A stretch of 53,506 nt of DNA from an uncultured Fibrobacteraceae bacterium (GTDB taxonomy: Bacteria > Krumholzibacteriota > Krumholzibacteriia > LZORAL124-64-63). The stretch spans positions 1-53,506 of the forward strand of contig CAZVWL010000001.1 of assembly GCA_964630845.1 (NCBI GenBank), written 5' to 3'. The first letter of the stretch is position 1, and each line of letters begins with the position of its first letter. This document shows positions 9,132 through 18,780 of this stretch, piece by piece. A program made the position numbers and the translations under genes. The notes below the pieces were generated by a model. The model was not told the DNA's origin. It worked only from the letters and a program-made list of their open reading frames with translations, and did no database searches.

Positions 9132-10805
9132 ATGCCCACATGCCACCGCCTGCCTCGCCCCGGCGCGGTCCTGCTCGCCCTCTTGCTCCTGGCCCCCGCC
9201 GCCGCCCCGGCCTACGAGTGCCTCACCCTGAATCTCCCCCGCCCGACCGAAGACTACGCCACGATCCGCGCCGGCCTCGAAGCCGCCGGCCAGTGGAAGC
9301 GGTCCGATGACCCGCTGCTCGGCCCGCCCGCCGATCCCCAGGTTGGCGACACCTGGCTCTGGTACGTCTGGAACCTCGGCGGCTTTCCCGTCGCCACGCT
9401 CAAGCCCGCCACCGTGCGCGGCATGGGCGAGCATTGCTACGTCGTGGTCGACGACGACGAGTGGAACGTGCGCATGAACCAGGCCGACGTCGATCGCATC
9501 GTGGCCAGCTTCGATGCCGAGAGCGTCGGCAACTTTCCCGACCAGGGCATCTGGGACCTGAACACCTCGCACTTCGGCCCGCCGCCCGACTTCGACGGCC
9601 TCGAGCGCGTCTTCCTCTTCTACTACCGCTTCAACATCGCGGCCGACGGCTACTTCTGGGTCTACGACCAGTTCCCCGACGGCTCGCAGGCGTTCGCGAG
9701 CAACGAGTGCGACGTGGTGTACCTCGCGACCGACAGCGGCCAGCCGGCCAGCGACTACATGCTGGCCGTGGCGGCCCACGAGTTCCAGCACCTGACCCAT
9801 TACAACCAGGACAGCAACGAGATGTCGTGGGTCAACGAGGGCCTGTCCGGCCTCGCGATGTGGCTCTTCGGCCGCCCCGACACCATCGCCAGCTTCAACA
9901 ACCAGTCCGACAACAGCCTGTTCACCTGGACCGGCGCCTGGGCCGACTACATCAAGACCTACCTGTGGACCCTCTACGTCTACGAGCAGTACGGCGGCCG
10001 CGACACGATCTGGGAGGTGACCCACGAACCCGCCAACGGCATCCAGGGCTACCAGCTGGCCCTCGACCGCCTCGGCTACCTGACACCCACCGAGGACATC
10101 TTCGGCGACTGGACCGTGGCCAACTACCTCGACGACACCTCGATCCCCGACGGCCAGTACGGCTACGAGGGTGACGACCTGCCGGCGTTCCAGTCGTTCA
10201 TCACGCACAGCACCTACCCGGCGTCGTTCAGCACCACCGTGCAGCCGCACGCGGCCGACTACGTGCGCCTGGTGAACCTCGGCGGTCCGGCGACCCTGAC
10301 CTTCAACGGCGCCAACGCACGCGAATTCCGGGTCACGCTGATGGGTCTTGACCCCGTGCTGCCGACGGTGGTCGAACAGCTGGACCTCGACGAGTTCCAG
10401 GACGGCGTCCTGACCTTCTCGGCGGCAGCGAACCACGCGACGGTCGTGATCGCGGTCGCCAACGTCTCGCTCAGCGGCACCGGCCTCTATGAGTACAGCG
10501 TTGCCCTGGGTGCGACATCGGTGGACGACGTGCCGGCGCTCGCGGCGTCGCTCGGCGCCTACCCGAACCCATTCAACCCGCGGACCTCGTTCAGCTTCAT
10601 GGTGCCGCAGACCGGCGCCGTGGCGTTGACCGTGCACGACGTGCGTGGGCGCGAGGTCGCGCGGCTGGTCGATGCCCAAGTGGCGGCAGGGCGGCACGAG
10701 GTCGCCTGGGAAGCGGGCGAGACCGTGCCGGCCGGGGCGTACCTCGCGAGGTTGAGCGTGGCGGGGCGTGAGGCGGCGCTGTGTAAGGTGATGGTGGTCA
10801 AGTGA
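9132..10805 (+). CDS. Secreted MA-clan zinc metallopeptidase (HEFQH; M30/hyicolysin-like?) with FlgD-Ig/Por-tail-like C-terminal domain
   Basis: Signal peptide. The HEXXH motif is in AVAAHEFQHLTHY, with NEGLSG downstream. The C-terminal roughly 80 aa read AYPNPFNPRTSFSF...LTVHDVRGREVARLV...AGAYLARL.... Confidence 0.7.
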   Translation: MPTCHRLPRPGAVLLALLLLAPAAAPAYECLTLNLPRPTEDYATIRAGLEAAGQWKRSDDPLLGPPADPQVGDTWLWYVWNLGGFPVATLKPATVRGMGEHCYVVVDDDEWNVRMNQADVDRIVASFDAESVGNFPDQGIWDLNTSHFGPPPDFDGLERVFLFYYRFNIAADGYFWVYDQFPDGSQAFASNECDVVYLATDSGQPASDYMLAVAAHEFQHLTHYNQDSNEMSWVNEGLSGLAMWLFGRPDTIASFNNQSDNSLFTWTGAWADYIKTYLWTLYVYEQYGGRDTIWEVTHEPANGIQGYQLALDRLGYLTPTEDIFGDWTVANYLDDTSIPDGQYGYEGDDLPAFQSFITHSTYPASFSTTVQPHAADYVRLVNLGGPATLTFNGANAREFRVTLMGLDPVLPTVVEQLDLDEFQDGVLTFSAAANHATVVIAVANVSLSGTGLYEYSVALGATSVDDVPALAASLGAYPNPFNPRTSFSFMVPQTGAVALTVHDVRGREVARLVDAQVAAGRHEVAWEAGETVPAGAYLARLSVAGREAALCKVMVVK

Positions 10806-10852
10806 CGACGGCGCCGCGGCTGCTGTGGTCGAAACGGACGAAAGGACCAGCC

Positions 10853-11260
10853 ATGACGTGGAAGGTTACAGTTCTACTGGCGATACTGGCGAACGCAGCC
10901 GTGGCGCAGTCCAGACCACAGGCCGACGAACCTGGCGCTCCGCGAACCGATAGTCACTTCATGGCCAGCGTGCTTGCGGGCGCCGGACTCGGCGTGGCCA
11001 TCTCCGGTTGGGCGCTGAAGTCCGCTCACCTGGAGACTTCTGATGGAAGTGAGTTTGATTCCATTCCGATGATGATCACCGGCTTTGCAGTATTTGCCGT
11101 CGGCGCGCTCTGGTTAGCGGTGTCCGGAGACAAGGACGAGGATTCCGCTAACCGGAGTGCTGCTGCCGTGTGTCCGGACCGAAACGGATGGCCGTTGGCC
11201 GTGGGGATCGGACCTGGAGAGTGTCCCGGGGCGGCCGTCATTTTCAGGACCAGCTTCTGA
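10853..11260 (+). CDS. Hypothetical small membrane/secreted protein
   Basis: ATG 10853 follows AAAGGA. It has a signal-like N-terminus (MTWKVTVLLAILANAAVAQ) and two hydrophobic segments. Local GC is lower and no family was recognised. Confidence 0.35.
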   Translation: MTWKVTVLLAILANAAVAQSRPQADEPGAPRTDSHFMASVLAGAGLGVAISGWALKSAHLETSDGSEFDSIPMMITGFAVFAVGALWLAVSGDKDEDSANRSAAAVCPDRNGWPLAVGIGPGECPGAAVIFRTSF

Positions 11261-11316
11261 GGGGGCCTCGCTGAATATCGCGTTAATGAGCGATTGCGGG
11301 CCGTCTGAGAAGTTCT

Positions 11317-11334
11317 TGGTGAGCCGGCGCACCA
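11317..11334. repeat. Palindrome-family copy TGGTGAGCCGGCGCACCA (17/18 match)
   Basis: Read directly. Intergenic, downstream of 10853..11260. Confidence 0.7.
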
Positions 11335-11636
11335 TCGTCGACGGCTATGAGAAGCTCCGAGCTCCGCCTGCTTGAATTGACTCATTCAACACTTAATTGG
11401 ATTAAAATGCGGCCATGATGATCCTTATCCCTGGACAAATGGATCACGGATGCCTAAGATGATCCTAAACGCACAACGATGATCCCATTCTCCAACCCTC
11501 GAAAGCGAACGCCGTGCGATCCTTGTCGCAAGCCTACCTGGACGAACTCCAGTTCTCCGCCCGCCAGCTCGAGACGCTGAACCGGATCGGCGAGTATCAG
11601 GGCAAGCAGGTCCTCTACGCGGAGCGCCTGCCCTAG

Positions 11637-12560
11637 GTGCTCAAGACGATGCGCCGGGTGGCTCAGATCGAGTCGGCCGAGTCCTCCAACCGCATCGAAG
11701 GAATCGAGGCCCCGCGTCGGCGCATCCAGGGCCTGGTCATGGGGGGGGCCGCACCGGAGAATCGATCGGAACAGGAGATCGCCGGATACCGCGATGCTCT
11801 GTCCCTTGTGCACGAATCGGCTGCCCACATCGAGCCGACCGCCAACGTCATCCGGCAGCTTCACACGACCATGTACCGCTACCTGCCTCAGCCCGGCGGC
11901 AACTGGAAGATGGTCGACAACGAGATCGTCGAGCGCGATGCGACCGGAGTCCTGCGCGTGCGGTTCAGGCCGGTCTCCGCGGTAGCCACGCCGCAGGCCA
12001 TGGACGACCTCGCGATAGGATTGCGGCGTGCCCTGCACGCGGAGCAGCGCCCGGGGCTCATCGTCGCGCCCCTGGCCGTGCTCGATTTCCTCTGTATCCA
12101 CCCGTTCACCGACGGCAACGGCCGTGTGTCGCGGCTGCTGACCCTGCTGCTGCTCTACCGCCTGGGCCATGAGGTTGGACGCTACATCAGCCTCGAGCGC
12201 ATCACCGAGGAGTCGAAAGAGACCTACTACGAGGCGCTCGAAACGAGTTCGCGCGGCTGGCACGAGGGCCGGCACGATGCCCATCCGTGGCTCGACTATT
12301 TCTGGGGCGTTCTGCTGCGGGCCTATGCCGAGTTCACCGAGCGTGTCGGCAGCTTGCAACAGGGTGCCGGCAGCAAAGCTGCTCTCGTGCGCGAGGCCGT
12401 CGCGCGCATGATCGGCCCGTTCGCCCTGAACGACATCGAGCTCCAGTGCCCTGGAGTCGCCTTGCCCACGATCAAGCGGGTACTGGCGGCCATGCGCGAT
12501 GAGGGGCTGGTGTTGCTCGAGGGCCGGGGGCGGGGGGCGCGGTGGCGGCGGGTATCATAG
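11637..12560 (+). CDS. Fic family protein (class II, N-terminal inhibitory helix), N-terminally truncated by an in-frame TAG
   Basis: Fic motif HPFTDGNGRVSRLL and inhibitory-helix motif SNRIEG. A GTG at 11637 immediately follows TAG 11634-11636. Family-like coding sequence continues upstream in the same frame from GTG 11514. Confidence 0.8.
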   Translation: MLKTMRRVAQIESAESSNRIEGIEAPRRRIQGLVMGGAAPENRSEQEIAGYRDALSLVHESAAHIEPTANVIRQLHTTMYRYLPQPGGNWKMVDNEIVERDATGVLRVRFRPVSAVATPQAMDDLAIGLRRALHAEQRPGLIVAPLAVLDFLCIHPFTDGNGRVSRLLTLLLLYRLGHEVGRYISLERITEESKETYYEALETSSRGWHEGRHDAHPWLDYFWGVLLRAYAEFTERVGSLQQGAGSKAALVREAVARMIGPFALNDIELQCPGVALPTIKRVLAAMRDEGLVLLEGRGRGARWRRVS

Positions 12561-12594
12561 CAGTTACGTAAAACCGGACAAACGGATGCCGATG

Positions 12595-12622
12595 CCTGCT
12601 GGTGCGCCGGCACACCAGCAGG
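12595..12622. repeat. 28-bp near-perfect palindrome CCTGCTGGTGCGCCGGCACACCAGCAGG after the Fic stop
   Basis: Read directly, with one central mismatch. A related 18-mer CGTTGCGCCGGCGCACGC sits at 12759-12776 and, identically, at 2656-2673. Confidence 0.8.
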
Positions 12623-12775
12623 CCCCAACCGAATCCGCCTGGCGTCGCCCGTGATGGCTGCCGCGGCCTGCAATACTGTAGACAGCGTCCGGCGTCGTCG
12701 AGCCAGCGTGGGGGGCTGTTGGCCCAAATCGGCAAATGGAGGCCATCCACGGGGTTTTCGTTGCGCCGGCGCACG

Positions 12776-14248
12776 CTAGAGCCCCGCGCTCACCTGCCGA
12801 AAATGATACCCCGTGATCGCCAGCGTCACCGCCACCCCGAACCGATCCGGATGCCGCACCAACACCCGCGTCAAGAACCCCCAGTAAGCGCGGCGCCCAC
12901 TGTCGACGACCCCCATCAACCACAGCGACCGCAGCAACGCCCCGATGTCGCTCCGGCTGTAAGGCATCCGCGGCCCCCGCGGCCGGTGCGTCTCCAGGAA
13001 CGTCTGAATGCGGTGGTAGTACACGCCCGGCTCGTACAGCCGCTGCATGAGCAAGCGGTAGTTGCGCAGCAGGAAATCCGCGTCCAGCTTCGGCTCGAAA
13101 TTGAGGCCAGCCTGGGTGTTGTCGCCGGTGCTCTGGCCACGCAGGCGGCCTTCGCCCGCGAGGCGGCGGTAGAGGCGCGTGCGGGGCACGGCTTGCAGGA
13201 GGCCGACCATGGCCGTCGCGACGCCGGCCTGCTGGATGAACTCGTACTGGCGTTCGAAGATGTCGGGCTGGTCGCTGTCGAAGCCGATGATGAAGCCGCC
13301 GATGACCTCGATGCCGGCGGCCTGGATGGTGCGCACGGAGGCGGCGAGGTCGGCGCGCAGGTTCTGGTGCTTGCGGCATTCGCGCAGGCTGTCGGCGCTC
13401 GGGGTCTCGATGCCCAGGAAGACCTTCTTGAAGCCGGCCTCGGCCATCAGGCGTAGCAGCTCGGGGTCGGCGGCGATGTCGACCGACGCTTCGGTCATCA
13501 GCACCATGCGGCTGCCGGTGGCTTCGCGCCAGCGGATGACGTCGCGCAGGAGGTCGCGGCAGCGGGGGTGGTTGCCGGCGAAGTTGTCGTCGACGACGAA
13601 GGTCATGCCGCCCCAGCCGCGCCGGCGCAGGGCGTCGAGTTCGGCGATGAACTGGGCGTTGCTCTTGTGGCGCGGCACGCGGCCGTTCAACGCGACGATG
13701 TCGCAGAACTCGCAGTCGAACGGGCAGCCACGGCACCACTGGACCGACATGCTGGCGTAGTTGGCGAGGTCGATCAGGTCCCAGCGCGGTAGCGGGGTCA
13801 ACGCGAGGTCGGGAAAGCCTGATGCCCGGTAAGTGCGCTGGAGGCGGCCAGCGGCGAGGTCAGCAATCAAGAACGGGGCGAGTTCCTCGACCTCGCCGAC
13901 TACGACGTGGTCGACGCCGTGGCGGTCGGCGCTGTCGCCGGTGAAGGCGGGGCCGCCGGCGGTCACGGGTTTGCCCGCGGCGTGGCTGCGGCGCACGATG
14001 TCGTCCAGCGCGGCGGTCTGGGCGAGCATGGCGCTGGTGAGCACGTGGTCGGCCCAGGCGAGGTCACGGTCAGAAAGCGGGCGCACGTTGAGGTCCACGA
14101 GGCGGCAGGACCAATCGAGGGGCAGGAAACCGGCGACGGTCAGCAGGCCGAGCGGTGGGTGAGCCGCGTGCTTGTGCACGAAGCGCAAGGCGTGGCGCAT
14201 GCTCCAGAAGGTGTCGGGAGTGCGGGGTTCGACGAGGAGGATGTTCAT
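12776..14248 (-). CDS. B12-binding-domain radical SAM protein (DUF4070-type C-terminus)
   Basis: The N-terminal cobalamin-binding-like domain starts MNILLVEPRTPDTFW...PPLGLLTVAGFLP. The radical SAM cluster motif is CPFDCEFCD. Trimmed to ATG 14248, which is preceded by AGGAG. Confidence 0.85.
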   Translation of the reverse strand: MNILLVEPRTPDTFWSMRHALRFVHKHAAHPPLGLLTVAGFLPLDWSCRLVDLNVRPLSDRDLAWADHVLTSAMLAQTAALDDIVRRSHAAGKPVTAGGPAFTGDSADRHGVDHVVVGEVEELAPFLIADLAAGRLQRTYRASGFPDLALTPLPRWDLIDLANYASMSVQWCRGCPFDCEFCDIVALNGRVPRHKSNAQFIAELDALRRRGWGGMTFVVDDNFAGNHPRCRDLLRDVIRWREATGSRMVLMTEASVDIAADPELLRLMAEAGFKKVFLGIETPSADSLRECRKHQNLRADLAASVRTIQAAGIEVIGGFIIGFDSDQPDIFERQYEFIQQAGVATAMVGLLQAVPRTRLYRRLAGEGRLRGQSTGDNTQAGLNFEPKLDADFLLRNYRLLMQRLYEPGVYYHRIQTFLETHRPRGPRMPYSRSDIGALLRSLWLMGVVDSGRRAYWGFLTRVLVRHPDRFGVAVTLAITGYHFRQVSAGL

Positions 14249-14321
14249 CGCTCGCTCCTGTCGAAGGGTAGACCTATAATATAGTGCCAATCAGCGATTT
14301 TCGCCCTTCACGAGGAGGCCT

Positions 14322-16526
14322 ATGTCGTTCCTCGCCTCGGTCACCCCCGTCGCCACCACCCAGGTCGTCTTCGTGCAAACGGCCCTCGTGCTCGTGCTGG
14401 CGGCGGTCGTCGGTTTCGTCGGCAGCAAGCTCAAGCAGCCGCTGATCGTCTCGTTCATCGCCGTGGGCATCCTGGCCGGGCCCTACGTGCTGAACCTCGT
14501 CAACGACCCCCACTCGCTCGAGCTGCTGGCCGAGATCGGCATCTGCATCCTGCTGTTCATCGTGGGGCTCAAGCTGGACCTCGTGATGATCCGCACCATG
14601 GGGCGCGTGGCGCTGGCGACGGGCCTGGGGCAGGTGCTGTTCACGTCGCTGGGCGGGTTCGGGCTGGCGCGGCTCCTGGGCATGGAGACCACGGCGGCGA
14701 TCTACGTGGCGGTGGCGCTCACCTTCTCGAGCACGATCATCATCGTCAAGCTGCTGTCGGACAAGCGCGAGATCGACGCGTTGCACGGCCGCATCGCCAT
14801 CGGCTTTCTGATCGTGCAGGACCTCGCCGTGGTCCTGGCCATGATCGCACTGTCGGCCTACGGGGCGGGCGAGGCCGGCGAAGAGACGCTGCTCTGGAAG
14901 TTCGGCAACGTGATCCTTTACGGCGTGCTGTTCCTGGGGGGCGTGCTGCTGCTGATGCGGCGGCCGCTGCCGTGGTTGCTGAACCAGCTCTCGCGCGCGC
15001 CCGAACTGCTGGTGCTGTTTGCGATCGCCTGGGCCGTGGGGCTGGCGGCGTTCGGCGACTGGCTGGGTTTCAGCAAGGAGGTGGGGGCGTTCGTGGCGGG
15101 CATGTCGATCGCGTCCACGCCGTACCGCGACGCGATCGGGTCGCGACTGATCAGCCTGCGCGACTTCCTGCTGCTGTTCTTCTTCATCCACCTCGGGTCC
15201 ACGTTGAACCTGTCGTTGCTGGGCGGCGAGGTCGTGCCGGCGGTGGTCTTCTCCGTGTTCGTGCTCGTGGGCAACCCGTTGATCGTCATGGCCATCATGG
15301 GGCGCATGGGGTATCGCAAGCGCACGGGCTTTTTGGCGGGTCTGACCGTGGCGCAGATCTCCGAGTTCTCGCTGATCCTCATCGGGCTGGGCTACACGCT
15401 GGGGCACGTCGACGAGGCCACGGTGGGGCTGGTGACCCTGGTCGGGCTGATCACGATCGGCCTGTCCACCTACATGATCCTCTACTCGGGCACGCTGTAC
15501 CGCTGGATCGGGCCGGTGCTGGGCGTCTTCGAGCGCAAGGTGCCGTTCCGCGAGGAGACGCCGGACGAGCAGAACGCCCTGGCGATGGAGCGGGTCGACG
15601 TGCTGGTGGTGGGGCTCGGCAACTACGGCGGGGCCATCGTGCGGGGGTTGATCAAGCGAGGGCAGCAGGTCGTGGGTGTGGACTTCGACCCGCAGGCGCT
15701 GCGGTACTGGCGCGAGCAGAACGTGCCGGTGATCTACGGCGACATGGAGGACCCCGACCTGCTCGAGCACCTGCCGATCCGCAACACGCGCTGGGTGCTG
15801 GTGGCGGTGCCCGACCGGCAGGTGACCACCGCGCTGGTCAACCTGCTGCGGGCGGCGAAGTACCCCGGCAAGCTGGCGTTGGCGGCGCGCACGCGCACCG
15901 ACGCGAAGCACTACGAGACCCTCGGGGCCGACCTCGTGCTGCGGCGCTACGCCGACGCCGCCGAGCTGGCGGTCGACGCCATGGACACGGCCCTGCACCA
16001 GCTGCCGCTGGACATCGAGTGGCCCACCTCGGTGCAGGAGGTCAGGCTGGAGACCGGCAACGTGTGGGCGGGCAAGCCGCTGGGCAAGATCCCCCTGCGC
16101 CAGCAGACGGGGGTCAGCATCCTGGCCGTGAGCCGCGCCGGCCAGACCACGTTCGACCCCGCCGCGAGCTTCGTGCTCTATCCCGGCGACCGGGTCGTGC
16201 TTTTGGGCGAGCCGGAGAACCTGAAGGCCGCGGCGGCGTTCATCACGCGGCGGGAGTTCGGAACCCAGGACCGCGACGACACGTTCATGATCGCGGCCGT
16301 CGACGTGCCGGCCGCCTGCGGCCTGGGCGGCAAGACCTTGGGAGAGCTGCACTTCCGCCGCGATTTTGGCGTCACGGTGATCGGCATCGAGCGTGGCCGG
16401 CAGCGCCTGCGCACGCTGACGGCGGCCACCACGATCGAGAGCGAGGATCGCCTCATCGTGGCCGGCTGCGGCCGGGCCGTGGCCATCCTGCAGGCGGCGA
16501 TCACCAACGCGTGCGGGATCGACTGA
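14322..16526 (+). CDS. CPA2-family cation:proton antiporter with TrkA-N and two RCK_C (TrkA-C) domains
   Basis: About 12 TM helices at the N-terminus, a Rossmann motif VVGLGNYGG, and two C-terminal repeats of the ...PLGKIPLRQQTGVSILAV.../...TLGELHFRRDFGVTVIGI... type. RBS is GAGGAGG. Confidence 0.85.
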   Translation: MSFLASVTPVATTQVVFVQTALVLVLAAVVGFVGSKLKQPLIVSFIAVGILAGPYVLNLVNDPHSLELLAEIGICILLFIVGLKLDLVMIRTMGRVALATGLGQVLFTSLGGFGLARLLGMETTAAIYVAVALTFSSTIIIVKLLSDKREIDALHGRIAIGFLIVQDLAVVLAMIALSAYGAGEAGEETLLWKFGNVILYGVLFLGGVLLLMRRPLPWLLNQLSRAPELLVLFAIAWAVGLAAFGDWLGFSKEVGAFVAGMSIASTPYRDAIGSRLISLRDFLLLFFFIHLGSTLNLSLLGGEVVPAVVFSVFVLVGNPLIVMAIMGRMGYRKRTGFLAGLTVAQISEFSLILIGLGYTLGHVDEATVGLVTLVGLITIGLSTYMILYSGTLYRWIGPVLGVFERKVPFREETPDEQNALAMERVDVLVVGLGNYGGAIVRGLIKRGQQVVGVDFDPQALRYWREQNVPVIYGDMEDPDLLEHLPIRNTRWVLVAVPDRQVTTALVNLLRAAKYPGKLALAARTRTDAKHYETLGADLVLRRYADAAELAVDAMDTALHQLPLDIEWPTSVQEVRLETGNVWAGKPLGKIPLRQQTGVSILAVSRAGQTTFDPAASFVLYPGDRVVLLGEPENLKAAAAFITRREFGTQDRDDTFMIAAVDVPAACGLGGKTLGELHFRRDFGVTVIGIERGRQRLRTLTAATTIESEDRLIVAGCGRAVAILQAAITNACGID

Positions 16527-16614
16527 GCTGTTGCATGTTATCCTTGCCGAACGCCCACGACACCAACCCTGGCGCCGCGCGAACCCTGGCGCGCGCCGAG
16601 AGGAGACCGCGCCG

Positions 16615-18774
16615 ATGTTCCCGCGACCGTCACGCCTGACCGCTGCTGCGCTCTGCTTCGTCGTCGTCCTTGCCGGGACCGCCACCTGTCCAGCCAGCGA
16701 GAAGAGTCTGCCGATGCTCGATGCCGCCAACCCCTTCGCTGCCCCCAGCGAGTTGCCCTACAAGATGCCGCCGTTCGACCGCATCACCGACGACCACTAC
16801 CTGCCGGCCTTCGAGGTGGGCATGGCCCAGCAGCTGGCCGAGGTCCGCCTGATCCGCGAGGTGAAGTCGGCGCCGACGTTCGCCAACACGATCGAGGCGC
16901 TGGAGCGGTCGGGCCAGCTCCTGGACCGGGTCAGCCGGGTGTTCAGCAACCTGAACTCCGCGCACACCAACCCGCAGATGCAGGAGATCCAGAAGACGGT
17001 GGCGCCGCTGTTGGCCGCGCACCGCGACGCGATCTTCATGGACGGCGCCCTGTTCGCGCGCGTCAAGACGCTCCATGACCGGCGCGACGAGCTGGGCCTG
17101 GACGCCGAGTCGTTGCGGGTGCTCGAGCGCTACCACACCGACTTCCTGCGGGCCGGGGCCAACCTCGACGAGACGAGCCGCGCCCGCCTGAAGGAGATCA
17201 ACGCCGAGCTGGCCTCGCTGTCGGCCGCCTTCAGCCAGAACGTGCTCAAGGAGACGCTCGACTCGGCCGTCGTGGTCGACGACGTCCAGCAGCTCGCGGG
17301 CCTGAGCGAAGCGCAGATCGAGGCCGCCGCCCAGGCCGCGGCCGCGCGCGGGCTCGACGGCAAGCACCTGCTGCCCCTGCAGAACACCACCATCCAGCCC
17401 GTGCTCAAGTCGCTGCACGACCGCGCCCTGCGCGAGCGCGTGCACCGCGCCTCGGTCCTGCGCGGCGCGCGCGACAACGACCACGACAACCGGCCCATCG
17501 TCCTGAAGATGGCGGCTTTGCGGGCCGAGCACGCCCGCCTGCTCGGTCATCCCGACCAAGCCACCTACGTCCTGGCCGACCAGACCGCCGGCACCACCAA
17601 GGCCGTCAACGACATGCTCGGCCAGCTGGCGCCTGCCGCGGTGGACAACGCGCGCCGCGAGGCCGCCGACATCCAGGCGCTGATTCGCAAGCAGGGCAAG
17701 GATTTCACCGTGGAGCCATGGGACTGGTTCTACTACGCCGAGCAGGTGCGCAAGGAGCGCTTCGACATCGACGAGGCGCTGATCAAGCCGTACTTCGAGC
17801 TGAACAACGTGCTGCAGAACGGCGTGTTCTTCGCCGCCAACAAGCTCTTCGGCGTGACGTTCGTCGAGCGGCCGGACCTGCCGGTCTACCACCCGGACGT
17901 GCGCACCTGGGAAGTGTTCGACGCCGACGGCTCGCCGCTCGGCCTGTTCCTGGGCGACTTCTGGGCCCGCGAGAGCAAGCGCGGCGGCGCCTGGATGAAC
18001 CAGTACGTGCTGCAGTCCGACCTGCTTGGCAACCGGCCCGTGGTGGGCAACCACCAGAACATCCCCAAGCCGCCGGCGGGCGAGCCCACGCTGATGACCT
18101 TCGACGAGGTCGAGACCATGTTCCACGAGTTCGGCCACGCGGTGCACGGGCTGTTCTCGGCCGTGCGTTACCCGCGCTTCGGCGGCACCACGGTGCCGCG
18201 CGACTTCGTGGAGTACCCCTCGCAGGTCTTCGAGATGTGGGCGTACTGGCCGGAGGTGCTGGCCAACTACGCGCGCCACTACCAGACCGGCGAGCCGATC
18301 CCGCAGGACCTGCTCGGCCGCGTGATGGCCGCCGAGCAGTTCAACCAGGGCTACGCGACGACCGAGTACGTCGCCGCCGCCGTGCTCGACCAGGCCTGGC
18401 ACCAGCTCGCGCCGGCCGCGGTGCCGAGCAGCGTCGAGGCCTTCGAGGCCTCGGTGCTCGAGGCGGCCGGCATGAAGCTAGGGCCCGTGCCGCCGCGGTA
18501 CCTCAGCACCTACTTCTCGCACGTGTTCTCGGGCGGCTACGCGGCCGGCTACTACGCCTACATCTGGGCCGAGGTGCTGGACGCCGACAGCGTCGACTGG
18601 TTCAAGGAGAACGGCGGCCTCAGCCGCCGGAACGGCGACCGGCTGCGCCGGTACATCCTCTCGCGCGGCGGCAGCGACGAGGCCATGGACCTGTACCGCC
18701 AGTTCGCGGGCCGCGACCCGTCGCTGCGCCCGCTGCTGGTGCGGCGCGGTCTGCTCGACGATCCGCAGGGTTGA
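16615..18774 (+). CDS. dcp: M3-family peptidyl-dipeptidase Dcp
   Basis: Zinc motif HEFGHAVH with a downstream E (EYPSQ). Dcp-like length and signal peptide. Trimmed to ATG 16615 after GAGGAG. Confidence 0.85.
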   Translation: MFPRPSRLTAAALCFVVVLAGTATCPASEKSLPMLDAANPFAAPSELPYKMPPFDRITDDHYLPAFEVGMAQQLAEVRLIREVKSAPTFANTIEALERSGQLLDRVSRVFSNLNSAHTNPQMQEIQKTVAPLLAAHRDAIFMDGALFARVKTLHDRRDELGLDAESLRVLERYHTDFLRAGANLDETSRARLKEINAELASLSAAFSQNVLKETLDSAVVVDDVQQLAGLSEAQIEAAAQAAAARGLDGKHLLPLQNTTIQPVLKSLHDRALRERVHRASVLRGARDNDHDNRPIVLKMAALRAEHARLLGHPDQATYVLADQTAGTTKAVNDMLGQLAPAAVDNARREAADIQALIRKQGKDFTVEPWDWFYYAEQVRKERFDIDEALIKPYFELNNVLQNGVFFAANKLFGVTFVERPDLPVYHPDVRTWEVFDADGSPLGLFLGDFWARESKRGGAWMNQYVLQSDLLGNRPVVGNHQNIPKPPAGEPTLMTFDEVETMFHEFGHAVHGLFSAVRYPRFGGTTVPRDFVEYPSQVFEMWAYWPEVLANYARHYQTGEPIPQDLLGRVMAAEQFNQGYATTEYVAAAVLDQAWHQLAPAAVPSSVEAFEASVLEAAGMKLGPVPPRYLSTYFSHVFSGGYAAGYYAYIWAEVLDADSVDWFKENGGLSRRNGDRLRRYILSRGGSDEAMDLYRQFAGRDPSLRPLLVRRGLLDDPQG

Positions 18775-18780
18775 GCGGCG

